A stretch of DNA of 64,000 bases from Candidatus Komeilibacteria bacterium (GTDB lineage Bacteria > Patescibacteriota > Patescibacteriia > UBA1558). The position numbers and the translations under genes are program-made. Each line of letters opens with the position of its first letter. The stretch's first letter is position 1. Under the pieces are notes generated by a model that did no database searches, was not told the origin of the DNA, and saw only the letters and a program-made list of their open reading frames with translations. Below, piece by piece: positions 29,929 through 40,192 of this stretch. The stretch spans positions 15,248-79,247 of the forward strand of contig JBLYPW010000003.1 in assembly GCA_048538275.1 (NCBI GenBank). Reading direction: 5' to 3'.

Positions 29929-32900
29929 TGTTTAATCCCCAACAAAAATTAATCTCTAGTATTGTATTGGTGGTGATGTTGTTTTTTGTTATCAGTGGTG
30001 CTGTGGTGACTCCACAGCCGGCTCATGCTTCTACGTTTGGTGTCATTGCCGTCAATACCGCCAAGTGGGTGTGGGAGAAAGTGGGTGATATTTATACTGC
30101 CTTAAAGTCGCGTTTAAGCACGACATTAATTACTAATTCGGTTGATTTATTTGCGCAGCGCATGGCGGTAAATATGGCTAAAACACTAGCTACTGGGGGA
30201 AGAGGTCAGCAGCCGATGTTTAGTACCAAGGTTTTTAATGATGTTGTGAAGGATGCAGCTGGGGCAGCGGCTGGTGATTTTATTGGGCAATTGAGTAGTG
30301 CGTGGGGTGATTTAGGCATTAATTTATGTGAGCCCAGTCTGGATGTAAAGGCTACCATCACTATGTCATTGCTTAAATCGCAGAAAGCGCCAGAACCAAA
30401 ATGTGATCTTGCTAGTGTAGTACGTAACTGGGATAGTTTTATTAAAACAAATACTGACCCCAAGGCCTTGGCTGAAGGCTTACAGGTGCAGTTTCAAACG
30501 GGAAAAAGTGATTTTTCTGCGTCTTTTGCTTTGAATAATAAATTATTGAACCAGATAAAAAGTGATGAACTGGTAGCATTGTTTGATACAGAAAGCCAAG
30601 GATATAAAAGCAAAACCAATACTACGAATACCGAAATTCAAACTCCTAGCTCTTCGGTAGAAGACACAGCGGAAGCACCAGCTAGAGAGGCTAGCAATGC
30701 GCAGCTGGCTAAAACCTTTGCTGCTATTACCAGTCAGGATACTATCTTTGGCAGGGCTTTGAGTACATTTGGTAATACTTTTCTTTCCCAGTTATTAAAT
30801 CGTTGGATCTTAGATGGCATGAATAAACTGAATAATTGGAAAAATAGTCAGGTAGCCAGTACTGGCGGGGCGAATAGCATAAATTTTGATAATAATTCTG
30901 GGCCTGGTCCTGAAGCGGCTAGCGCCTACTATAGTAATTTAATATCAGTGAGTTTCAATAGCGTAGATGACTATACACCAACGTCTGATTTTACCATTTG
31001 TCCAACTACGGGTATTGTCCCATATAATAATTGTGTGATGAATCAAAAGTTTTATTCTGCGTTCAATCGTACTCAGCCCATGACAGTGCAACAAGCGATT
31101 GATGCTAAATTATTGAGCCCTGATTTGCCTTTGATTAGCCAGGATGATCCACGTAACAATGATGTTAATTATTGTTATAATAGTGCTTTGTGTTATTCTA
31201 ATTTGCAAAAAATGCGTTTGGCTCGTTTGATTCCCTTGGGCTGGGAAATTGCTGCTAGCATAAGCTCAGCTAACACTCCTGCGACCATGGGTGAGGTTTT
31301 GGCGGCATTTGATAACCCAGATAGCCCTTATCATAATTTGATTGATCCCAATTGGGTATTAAAAGAGCCACGAGCACAATGTTTGGCTATGGGTCCTGGA
31401 CCTCAATTACAGTCTATTGGCAGTGACCAACGTACGGAGATGTGTGTGGACAGTCAGACTTGTCTGCGTAGTGATGACAATGGTGAATGTTTGCCGGGAG
31501 CGTGGGGCTATTGTACACGCGAAGAAAATATTTGGCGCTTTGGTGGTCAGCAGTGTTCTCCGGCTTATGCTTCTTGTCGTAATTATAAGGCTGATGGGCA
31601 GACATACAGCTATATCAAAGATACTTTAGATTTTTGTACGGCTGATGAAGTGGGTTGTCAGTGGTATAGCGTAGCTCAAGAATTGGGTGCTGCTGCCACT
31701 GAGACTTTTAGCCCTCCCCAAGTAGATTTTAATAATGTTCCTTCCACTATTACATATGACCAGGCGTCGGCTGATCAGTTTTGTTTGCAGCGGGGCTATG
31801 ATTTTGCTCAAAGTTATGACCAAGAGGGAGCCGGCACAGGAGATATCATTTGGAATAGTGAGCAGAGTAGCTGGGAGTTGAATACCGCTGCTGCGCCACA
31901 TGCTATCATCTCAGATATAAGCTGTGTGAGGCAAGGGTATGATTGGCTGGCTGATGAAAACATTTATCTGAATGCTCAGGCTGGTGATTGCGACGCTACT
32001 GATGCCGGTTGTACTAAGTTGTTACCGATCCAATGGGGAGTTAATTTATTATATAATGGTGGTTTTGAAAAAGTAGGTTCTAATAATAACAGGCCAGACG
32101 GCTGGTATTGGTCTGACACTGATGTAAGTTTAACTGACAACAGATCAGAAGTTTTCGCTGGTGAACGAGCTGTCAGCACTATGAATAATTATAGTTATGT
32201 CTATACTGATGTGCCATTGATTGGTGGCCTACCTTATTATATTGCCATAGCCGCCAAAACCAATGATAGTAAAGCGATGGGTGTGACCATTAAGTTTTAT
32301 GATAGCAACGACGCTCTTATCATGCCTACTAATGATGATGATATTGATATAGGCGATAGTAGTGTGGTGAATTGGCGTGAGGGCTGTGGTGGTGGCGTCT
32401 GTCATTTTAGTGGCGACCTGACTATAACCAATCAATATGTTAAATATGACTTGCCTTTTATAGCACCGGAGGGAGCTGTCAAAATTATTATTGGTATGGG
32501 CACTGGTGGTGCCGGTTCTGGTGATGTTTACCTTGATAATGTCCAGCTCAGCCTTGGTAATTCAGCTATGAGTTATCGTGATTATAATAGTAATTCTTTT
32601 AATTATCTTAAAATAGCCCCGGATTATTTAGATTGTAGTAATAGTAGCAGCGTAGAATGTGCCAATTATGCCCCTAGCTGTACGGCTGAGGAAATGGGAT
32701 GCCAATTATATACTCCGGTAAATGGTGATCCGGCCGTGGCGGGCGTGGTAAATAGCGGTGATTATTGTAGTCAAAGTTGTGCCGGATTGGATCAATATTG
32801 GCAAAAACAAACCACTATTGAAAATATGTTTGGTGATGATCCGGCCGGTGCTTTTGTGAATTTTATACCCAGCAGCGCCCAACAATGTCAGGTGCAAGAT

Positions 32901-35900
32901 GTGGGCTGTGAAGAATTTACTAATTTAGATAGAAATGAAGCGTTAGAATATTATAGTGATCTGCGTATGTGTGTATCAGAAGCGGATGTAGATATAGCCA
33001 CTTATTATACTTGGGAGGGATCGGATACGGCCGGTTATCAGCTGAAGACTTGGCGTTTGTTGAAAAGTAATGATAATGATGGCCCTTGTACAAATATAGC
33101 TTTTGATGGAGAAAACAATATTTGCGTTGATAGTGAAGTGAGTGCGCCTGCTTGTGATACTAGTGCCGGTGATGATTGTCGTACTTTTATTGATGCCGAG
33201 CAAAATAGTTTTGTAGTGAACCAAGCGCAAGTTATCAAAGCTAGCGCCGATTGCACGCTTGTGCGGCGCACTGCAAACCCTCAGGATATTGCCGTCATTT
33301 TGCCTAGCGAATCAAATAGTTGTACAGTTGCTGCTGTTGGTTGCCATGCTTATCAAGGCAATAGCGCTGGTAATACGCGCATTATAAGTTATGATGATTT
33401 TGAAAGTGGTCAAGCCGGTTGGAGTGGCGGTGGTTTGACGACAGAGTCTTTAACAGCCGGTGGACATTCGCTTTGGAGCAATGGTGATATAAACAAATCT
33501 TTATTCATTAATGATAATCATAGTTTCACCCTTTCCTTTTATGCCAAGAGGCAAGAGATCGGTAATTCTAATTTGTCAGCTCAATTATTGGTCGGTGATC
33601 ATGTTTATGATTTGGGGAGCGTTGCTATTAATGATGAGTGGCAACAGTATGCCTTGGGTCCGATAGGTGTTCATGAAGCTAGTAGTGAGATTTTGGAAGC
33701 GACATTGCAATTTTCCATTGGTAGTACGACAGGCTATTTTTTGGATAATATAAATCTTAAGCAAATTAATTCTGATTTGTATTTATTAGCTGGTTCTTGG
33801 CAAACACCAGATATATGTTTGAACGGTAATAATGGTCCGGTGCTGGGCTGTCAGGAGTATAAGGACGTAGCTAATAATAGCCATCATCTCTATCAGTTTT
33901 CATCTTTATGCGGTGAGGATAAAGTAGGTTGCAGCGCCTTTATAAATACGCAGAATAGCACTAGTCCTTTAGCGCAGAGCTGGCCGATGGGAGCGGATGA
34001 TGAGATCATTACTGTGTCGGCTGATAAACTAGTTTATCTGGTGGATCGTCCTGAGTTTAGGTGTGATGCTGGGGTCCAAGGTTGTTCGGCTTTGGGTGAA
34101 CCGGTGATGCAAACAGATCCGGCCACTGGTAATCAGAGCGTGGCCAGCTGGTCTGATGTCTATAAATTGAATAATCCGGATAATTATGAAGGTTCTTTGT
34201 GTCGGGAAGATGCCTTATATTGTCGGGCCTATCAAAGTGATGAAGGCGTTGTCTATATCACTGATCCGGGCGACAAGACTTGCGCTTATCTGGAAAATTA
34301 TACTTACGATGGCACAACTTATGAGCCGGGCTGGTATTTGAGCAGTAGTTTATCCGGCGAGCCACAGGAGTGTGGCCCAGGCATTGAGCTACCAAAACGC
34401 CGTGACGACAACTACCAAGGTTATGCTGGTTTATGCATTCCAGAGGCCAATGGTTGTACCGAGTTTATTGATCCGGTAGGTACTACCGGCGATGATTTGA
34501 TCCGCAATGGTAATTTTGAGTTTAATAATAATACGCTTACTACCCCAGATTTTTGGAGCTATAATAAGAATTTGGCTGATAATATTCGTTGGGATGCGAG
34601 TGAGGGCTGGGATGATAGTTATGCTGCTAGTGCTCTTTATGCTGATAATACGTCTTATGTGCAGAATATTTCAGGATTATCTGGCGGTGTAGATTATGTG
34701 GTGCGCATAAAAGCCAAAGGAATTGCCAATGGTGATAGACTACGTCTTGGTTTGGAGTGTGAAGGAGCAAATATTAGCTCCCGAGACAATAGTTTTATTA
34801 TCAGTGGTAATGTGGGTGATAGGCAATTTATCATTAATAATACTAATGGCGATTTTGTAGATGTCTCGGCCAAGTTTAGAATCAACAATAATATAGATAA
34901 TAATAGTTGTGATATAAGTTTAGGATTTGCGGGCAATGATTTAGATGGTCGTTATTTTGATAATGTTAGTGTCAGGCGCTTGCAGTCTTATTATTATATA
35001 AACGATGACAAGCTTAATGGCGTTAGTTGTAGTGGGCAGGTTTCACAGGATAAGGGGTGTGTTTTGGTAGAAGATACGTCACAATTGTCATTGGATGATG
35101 GGCAGATAATCACTCAGTATGATAGTAGTAGCACGTATCATAATAGCACACAAAATAGTGGTAATTTGGTATTGCCAGTCAGTTGCCAAGATGGATCAGT
35201 CGGTTGTGATGCTAATCGTATTATTAGTGTTAGTCGTGATCGTCAATGCTCAGAGTGGCTAGCTTGTCAGTCTTCTACTGTTATCACTCAGCCTGATGGT
35301 AGCCAACAACAATTGTGCTATGATCTCGGTCGTTGTACTCAATTGTCGCCGGATGGTACGCAATGTTTACAGTGGGTGGATAGGCCGGTGACAGAGAAGC
35401 TGGATGTGGCTAAGTACCAGTCTCGCGAAGTAGGCTGGTCGGGGCAGGATTATAGTGGTTATTCTTTGTTGGATATACCGCCTTTGGAGACTTTGGTGTC
35501 TAGTGCCAATAATGATACTTTGACTTTGCATTTGCCGACTGGCACTGAAGGTATGTCATTTAATTCCATATCGCCCTCTTGTCGTCTTTATCCCAGCACC
35601 AATGCGCCGTTTTCCACAGAGAATATGACTGTCCGACGAGATGATAATGGTAATATTATAAGCAAACCGCAGACTTTTGCGCAGGCTAATCTTTGCGATG
35701 AAGGCGGCGCTGGTTGTGAGTGTAGCTATCGGGAGATAAGTTATAGTCAGGGAGAAACTAGGTATTATGGTTTGGACTATCAATATCCTGATGCTATTAC
35801 TCACACGGATGGCTCTCCAGACAGTACTATAACCAAGATAAATGAATATCGTGGCGCTTGGGGATTCTGTTTACAAAGAGATATGTCCCGTACTATTCAA

Positions 35901-38567
35901 GGTGTCGGCGGTCAAGAACATCCTTGTATTACTTGGTTGCCATTGAATATATTAAGCGGAGAATATGATCCTAATGCTGTTGATGTGCAAGCTTCATTAA
36001 ATTTGCCTATCGGTAATATGTATTATTGCGCTGCAGGTAGTAGTGACGAAGTAACTCTGCCATCTGGTGATTATAGCAGTCTTGTACAATTTGGAGATAT
36101 GTCCCAATTAGATAGCGGTGATCTGCCACAGGGTGGGTGGACGGCGTATCCGAGTAATGTTTCTAATCAGCAAGGGTCGTCTTGCATTAGTTATCCTGCT
36201 GCCAATCAGGGAACTAGTTGGATGGAACTTTATGCCCCATCAGGTTCGTGTTATATAGAGAACAATAATTTGGGTGATGTTACGCTAGGTCCTGATAATC
36301 AATATCATTATCGTTTGACTTTTGAGTTGGGTGATATATATGGCACTATTAGTGATCAAATACCTTATTTCGCGGTTGAATTATCGTGTAATCAGACAGA
36401 CTATCTTGCTACTATTCCTGACGGTGGAAATGATGATGTTTTATTGGATATTAATTCTCCGGTTCCTTGTGATTCTGTTGTTGTGGGCGTTGTTGGTAGT
36501 GGCGAGGAAAGATTAATGCAGATCAGAAATTTAGTAGTATCTACACCTGATTATATTACGCAACAACAAACCATGTGTACCGATATAGTGCAAGTTGAAT
36601 ACCCCAAATTCAATCAATTAATTAATCCGCCTGTTACTTTGGCAGCTTGGCCCAATCAGTATAAAGATTGGTATGGACGAATGTCCGTCTCTGCTGATAC
36701 TGTTTTGAATAATTATAATACCCCAATTAATGTAGAGTCGGTGGGGCAGTTTTCTGGCGTGGATGTAATTAATAGTGCTGGGACACCTTATAGTAATATT
36801 TCTGGTAGTGAGGATATACCCTATTCTCAATGTGTGGGCGTTGCAGCTGCTGCGGGCGCCACTTGTGCCGGCGGTGAGAGAGAGGGTCAGTCATGCAGTA
36901 GCGACATGCAGTGCCCCGTGAATCACAATGATACTTGTGAAGGTTATATAGAGTCTCAAATTGATCAGAGCAGTTGTGATTATGAGGCTGGCCAATATAC
37001 TCATTGCGATACTATTCCTGAAGTTATGGGCACCTGTGTTAATTCTGGTGCTAGTTGTCGTGTTGATAATGATTGCGCTCCTTATAATACTTACGCTATT
37101 TGCCAATCAAGTAACGCTACATACGATTGTCACACAGACGAGGGTAAAGATAATTGTTATGCAGCCGGTGGTCGTTGCTTGGGTCTTGATACAGCTACTC
37201 CACTGACCGTATATAATCAGATTAATGATGTTGATAATACTGGATTTGCCAATGTTTTTAGTGTTATTAAGGAATTATTTGCAAAAATAGTAGCTCGTTT
37301 CAGTTGGTCAAATGGTAGTTATCAATCAAATAGTAGTGAAGTAGGCGGATCAATCAGTGATGCCGAAGTGGTCACAATCAGGCCAGTTATCACCCTTGCT
37401 GGCGAGGAGACAGCCGGATCTAGCAAGGGCATCACTATCAATAGCAAGACAAGCGGTGATATTTCTTTTGCTAAGGATAGTGCCAATGTTACCATGAAGT
37501 TTTATGCTTATAATGTAAGCGGTGATCAGATACCGTTGAATAATTTAGTAGTGGACTGGGGTGATGGTAGTATCTTTGGTGGTTCAGGTAGCGGGAATTC
37601 TATTGTACCAGGTGACGTGTCATTGAAAAATCATCAATCCATGTGTATTAATAATTGTTCTACCGGCATACTGGACGATGCTTTTGGTGCCCCGGCGTTT
37701 TCTGCTACTGCTAATAATTTTAATTTTTATGCTTATCCCAATACCCAGCACGATTGGCATTCAGGCTATGCTTATATGACGCAAAAAACAGGATATGATG
37801 CATCTAATAATTCAACTCGTAATTGGATGACATTGCGTTTGCCAGCGAATAAGATGAGTGCTATCCCTCGTTTTGCCGCCGGAGATGTGTTGACTTTGGA
37901 GTATGATTATCAAATTAGTCCTGGCTTCTTAAAGAATGGAATAGCAAATCATATTTGTTATGGTATCGGTTATTGTAGTCAAGGCAAGCAGTATCCCTTT
38001 TTGAGCTTTGCCACGCTTGACAGTATGGATGATTTTGATAGCCATGTTAATACTTGGGGACATTATAGCAGCACAGCCGTAGTGACCCCTGATATGGTTA
38101 GCGCTTGCGTGGATAATAATAATCCCTCCGGTTATTGTTTGCGAGAACTGGCGGTAGCGAATTTGCGTGATCAGGCATTGGCCTCCCCACAAACTATTAG
38201 AATTAAAAATGTTCATTTGTTGTGGGGTTGTCGTAATAATAATAGCTGTACGGCCAGCAAATTTGGCAATCTGGGTCAGTGCCAAGCCATAGATATCGGC
38301 GATGACTTGCGTTTTTGCGTGGATGACTATCAAAATAGCATTGGTTATTTTAGCTTTAATCATACTTATACTTGTGCTGATCCGAATCCACCTGGTGATA
38401 TTGATGGTAGTAGTAATTCTTGTATCTATAAGCCTAAAGTTTATATAGAAGATAATTGGGGCTATTGCACGGAGGGGAGTAGTAATGTTTGTAAAGATAA
38501 TTATTCTAATTCGATACAATCTACTGGTTGGTTTGAATATCCAGGCAGTATAAGATTAACACCATAG
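29928..38567 (+). CDS. Giant (2879 aa) secreted Cys-rich surface protein with three CBM4/9-like beta-sandwich modules
   Basis: Has a signal peptide (…VTPQPAHA/S), more than 100 Cys often in paired spacing, and three modules. The modules begin LLYNGGFE...GWYWSD...VYLDNVQLS, ISYDDFESGQAGWSGG...YFLDNINLKQ and LIRNGNFEFNNN...DFWSY...RYFDNVSVRR. It is one uninterrupted 8.6-kb ORF in an AT-rich genome. Confidence 0.7.
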   Translation: MFNPQQKLISSIVLVVMLFFVISGAVVTPQPAHASTFGVIAVNTAKWVWEKVGDIYTALKSRLSTTLITNSVDLFAQRMAVNMAKTLATGGRGQQPMFSTKVFNDVVKDAAGAAAGDFIGQLSSAWGDLGINLCEPSLDVKATITMSLLKSQKAPEPKCDLASVVRNWDSFIKTNTDPKALAEGLQVQFQTGKSDFSASFALNNKLLNQIKSDELVALFDTESQGYKSKTNTTNTEIQTPSSSVEDTAEAPAREASNAQLAKTFAAITSQDTIFGRALSTFGNTFLSQLLNRWILDGMNKLNNWKNSQVASTGGANSINFDNNSGPGPEAASAYYSNLISVSFNSVDDYTPTSDFTICPTTGIVPYNNCVMNQKFYSAFNRTQPMTVQQAIDAKLLSPDLPLISQDDPRNNDVNYCYNSALCYSNLQKMRLARLIPLGWEIAASISSANTPATMGEVLAAFDNPDSPYHNLIDPNWVLKEPRAQCLAMGPGPQLQSIGSDQRTEMCVDSQTCLRSDDNGECLPGAWGYCTREENIWRFGGQQCSPAYASCRNYKADGQTYSYIKDTLDFCTADEVGCQWYSVAQELGAAATETFSPPQVDFNNVPSTITYDQASADQFCLQRGYDFAQSYDQEGAGTGDIIWNSEQSSWELNTAAAPHAIISDISCVRQGYDWLADENIYLNAQAGDCDATDAGCTKLLPIQWGVNLLYNGGFEKVGSNNNRPDGWYWSDTDVSLTDNRSEVFAGERAVSTMNNYSYVYTDVPLIGGLPYYIAIAAKTNDSKAMGVTIKFYDSNDALIMPTNDDDIDIGDSSVVNWREGCGGGVCHFSGDLTITNQYVKYDLPFIAPEGAVKIIIGMGTGGAGSGDVYLDNVQLSLGNSAMSYRDYNSNSFNYLKIAPDYLDCSNSSSVECANYAPSCTAEEMGCQLYTPVNGDPAVAGVVNSGDYCSQSCAGLDQYWQKQTTIENMFGDDPAGAFVNFIPSSAQQCQVQDVGCEEFTNLDRNEALEYYSDLRMCVSEADVDIATYYTWEGSDTAGYQLKTWRLLKSNDNDGPCTNIAFDGENNICVDSEVSAPACDTSAGDDCRTFIDAEQNSFVVNQAQVIKASADCTLVRRTANPQDIAVILPSESNSCTVAAVGCHAYQGNSAGNTRIISYDDFESGQAGWSGGGLTTESLTAGGHSLWSNGDINKSLFINDNHSFTLSFYAKRQEIGNSNLSAQLLVGDHVYDLGSVAINDEWQQYALGPIGVHEASSEILEATLQFSIGSTTGYFLDNINLKQINSDLYLLAGSWQTPDICLNGNNGPVLGCQEYKDVANNSHHLYQFSSLCGEDKVGCSAFINTQNSTSPLAQSWPMGADDEIITVSADKLVYLVDRPEFRCDAGVQGCSALGEPVMQTDPATGNQSVASWSDVYKLNNPDNYEGSLCREDALYCRAYQSDEGVVYITDPGDKTCAYLENYTYDGTTYEPGWYLSSSLSGEPQECGPGIELPKRRDDNYQGYAGLCIPEANGCTEFIDPVGTTGDDLIRNGNFEFNNNTLTTPDFWSYNKNLADNIRWDASEGWDDSYAASALYADNTSYVQNISGLSGGVDYVVRIKAKGIANGDRLRLGLECEGANISSRDNSFIISGNVGDRQFIINNTNGDFVDVSAKFRINNNIDNNSCDISLGFAGNDLDGRYFDNVSVRRLQSYYYINDDKLNGVSCSGQVSQDKGCVLVEDTSQLSLDDGQIITQYDSSSTYHNSTQNSGNLVLPVSCQDGSVGCDANRIISVSRDRQCSEWLACQSSTVITQPDGSQQQLCYDLGRCTQLSPDGTQCLQWVDRPVTEKLDVAKYQSREVGWSGQDYSGYSLLDIPPLETLVSSANNDTLTLHLPTGTEGMSFNSISPSCRLYPSTNAPFSTENMTVRRDDNGNIISKPQTFAQANLCDEGGAGCECSYREISYSQGETRYYGLDYQYPDAITHTDGSPDSTITKINEYRGAWGFCLQRDMSRTIQGVGGQEHPCITWLPLNILSGEYDPNAVDVQASLNLPIGNMYYCAAGSSDEVTLPSGDYSSLVQFGDMSQLDSGDLPQGGWTAYPSNVSNQQGSSCISYPAANQGTSWMELYAPSGSCYIENNNLGDVTLGPDNQYHYRLTFELGDIYGTISDQIPYFAVELSCNQTDYLATIPDGGNDDVLLDINSPVPCDSVVVGVVGSGEERLMQIRNLVVSTPDYITQQQTMCTDIVQVEYPKFNQLINPPVTLAAWPNQYKDWYGRMSVSADTVLNNYNTPINVESVGQFSGVDVINSAGTPYSNISGSEDIPYSQCVGVAAAAGATCAGGEREGQSCSSDMQCPVNHNDTCEGYIESQIDQSSCDYEAGQYTHCDTIPEVMGTCVNSGASCRVDNDCAPYNTYAICQSSNATYDCHTDEGKDNCYAAGGRCLGLDTATPLTVYNQINDVDNTGFANVFSVIKELFAKIVARFSWSNGSYQSNSSEVGGSISDAEVVTIRPVITLAGEETAGSSKGITINSKTSGDISFAKDSANVTMKFYAYNVSGDQIPLNNLVVDWGDGSIFGGSGSGNSIVPGDVSLKNHQSMCINNCSTGILDDAFGAPAFSATANNFNFYAYPNTQHDWHSGYAYMTQKTGYDASNNSTRNWMTLRLPANKMSAIPRFAAGDVLTLEYDYQISPGFLKNGIANHICYGIGYCSQGKQYPFLSFATLDSMDDFDSHVNTWGHYSSTAVVTPDMVSACVDNNNPSGYCLRELAVANLRDQALASPQTIRIKNVHLLWGCRNNNSCTASKFGNLGQCQAIDIGDDLRFCVDDYQNSIGYFSFNHTYTCADPNPPGDIDGSSNSCIYKPKVYIEDNWGYCTEGSSNVCKDNYSNSIQSTGWFEYPGSIRLTP

Positions 38568-38589
38568 GAGTTTGTTATAGTAAAAATAA

Positions 38590-38618
38590 AACCGGTCTAG
38601 TTTGCTACTAGACCGGTT
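38590..38618. terminator. Hairpin AACCGGTCTAG-N7-CTAGACCGGTT between the convergent giant gene and T9SS-CTD paralog 1
   Basis: 11-bp perfect stem. Confidence 0.45.
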
Positions 38619-38638
38619 ATGCCTTTCATTTCAACAAA

Positions 38639-39889
38639 TCATTTCAACAAAATCATCTTATATGTTTTGTTGAAGTTACCGGCCCGCAACTGGTAGAAAT
38701 AGATTCCCGTTCCAACTTGCTGTCCGGCATTATTAAGACCATCCCAAACCACGGCCTGATACCCTGCTGCTTTTTCATCGTTCACCAAAATTCGGATTGG
38801 TTGACCAAGCTGATTGAAGATGGTCAGGCTTACCAAGGCTGGTTCGGGCAGTTCATATGATATGACCGTACTGGCGTTGAACGGATTGGGATAGTTTTGC
38901 TCTAGCGAGTATTGCTGTGGCATTGACAATGAATTGGTTGGAATAATAGCGGTCACCAGGTCAGTACTCACAATGTCTCCTTGATAATTGACCATCCAAA
39001 GGATCCCGTTCTGATCCTTCATAATATCATTGAATAGCACACTTATACCGGTAGGGTAGCTTTGCCACGAGTTGCCATTATCAATAGAGTGATGCATATC
39101 GTGTCCAGCGGTCACGATTTCTGTCGGGCCTGCCATGAACAAGGTCATGGTGTAGTCATTTGGGTTGGGATTACTGATTTCATCCCATGTTTGGCCATTA
39201 TCATTGCTTTGCAATAATAAACCTCCCAAAGCTGCAAAAACAGTGCCGTTGTTGTGATCCATATCATATACACGGCCCTCTGAGACGTGATCGCTAACAA
39301 TGGTCCAGCTTTCACCATAATCAATTGATCTGAGCATGACATACGGATCGCCACCGGCTAAGAGTACGCCATTACCCAAATAATCAACACAGTATAAGTA
39401 ACTCTCAGTCACGCCGGCGCCGACTTGGGTCCATGATTCCCAACCGTCTGATGTTTTGATAATAAATCCATCGTCACCTACTGCAATCGCATCATTGTCT
39501 GACCAAAATACCAGGTCGTGAACCGGATGTCCGTCAAGGCGTTTCCATTCCCAGTTTAAACCAGCGTCAACACTTTTGATTATAACGCCATGGCCTAAAG
39601 AGGCCCACCCGCTAATATAAAAAATACTGTCATCAATTGCAACCATTTTTTTTAAGTGCCAACCTAGATTTTGTTGCAACACAAAATGATCAGACTCCGG
39701 CGTTTTCAGAAGCCAGGTGCCGTTGGCACCGACCATATTGATATTGCCATTCGGTTGAATGGCAATGCTGGACAGGCTGTAACCTACCGGACTTTCCCAG
39801 TAGGTAAACTGTACGTCTTGAGCTTCCTGACCAAGCAGGTTACCGTTACTCAAAATAACCAAAATCATTAAAGACATCATCTTTTTCAT
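38639..39889 (-). CDS. Secreted BNR/Asp-box repeat beta-propeller protein with T9SS-type C-terminal sorting domain (paralog 1)
   Basis: A signal peptide is followed by Asp-box motifs (KSVDAGLNW, SIDYGESW, SNDNGQTW, SIDNGNSW). The C-terminus NYPNPFNASTVISYELPEPALVSLTIFNQLGQ...GIYFYQLRAGNF matches the Por secretion CTD pattern. Confidence 0.6.
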   Translation of the reverse strand: MKKMMSLMILVILSNGNLLGQEAQDVQFTYWESPVGYSLSSIAIQPNGNINMVGANGTWLLKTPESDHFVLQQNLGWHLKKMVAIDDSIFYISGWASLGHGVIIKSVDAGLNWEWKRLDGHPVHDLVFWSDNDAIAVGDDGFIIKTSDGWESWTQVGAGVTESYLYCVDYLGNGVLLAGGDPYVMLRSIDYGESWTIVSDHVSEGRVYDMDHNNGTVFAALGGLLLQSNDNGQTWDEISNPNPNDYTMTLFMAGPTEIVTAGHDMHHSIDNGNSWQSYPTGISVLFNDIMKDQNGILWMVNYQGDIVSTDLVTAIIPTNSLSMPQQYSLEQNYPNPFNASTVISYELPEPALVSLTIFNQLGQPIRILVNDEKAAGYQAVVWDGLNNAGQQVGTGIYFYQLRAGNFNKTYKMILLK

Positions 39890-39989
39890 GATGAGCCCTC
39901 CTTTTTCTTTAATTTATTGTTTTGTTAGTTTTCAAGGTTCTTTATCTCCTGAAAAAGGGGATAAATTATCACTTTTATGATAACATATT

Positions 39990-40018
39990 ATCATACATTA
40001 TTTTAGTAGATTTGTCAA
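39990..40018 (-). promoter_or_regulatory. Promoter of paralog 1 (minus strand): TTGACA-N17-TATGAT
   Basis: The minus-strand read is TTGACAaatctactaaaataatgTATGAT. The identical sequence recurs upstream of paralog 2 at 41509-41537. Confidence 0.45.
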
Positions 40019-40192
40019 GCTAAGTAGGGCTGGCTCATTTTTTTTAATATTTCTTCCCTTATTTGATTTTTCTAGCTATAGTACCAGATTGATTAGGGTC
40101 AATCCAGCCTAGCTAGTTCAATCGTGCTTTGTACAGGTGGCAAATAAAAAAGCCGATCTTTGTTAAGACCGGCTTGGTTTATTTTTTGATTA

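Noticed and set aside
29928-38567. About 20 short antisense or out-of-frame ORFs listed by the track inside the 2879-aa gene (for example 30206..30463, 31414..31605, 37929..38519)
   Set aside because: All lie within one uninterrupted 8.6-kb sense ORF that has coherent domain structure. The antisense frames have low-complexity I/T/N-rich translations typical of shadows.
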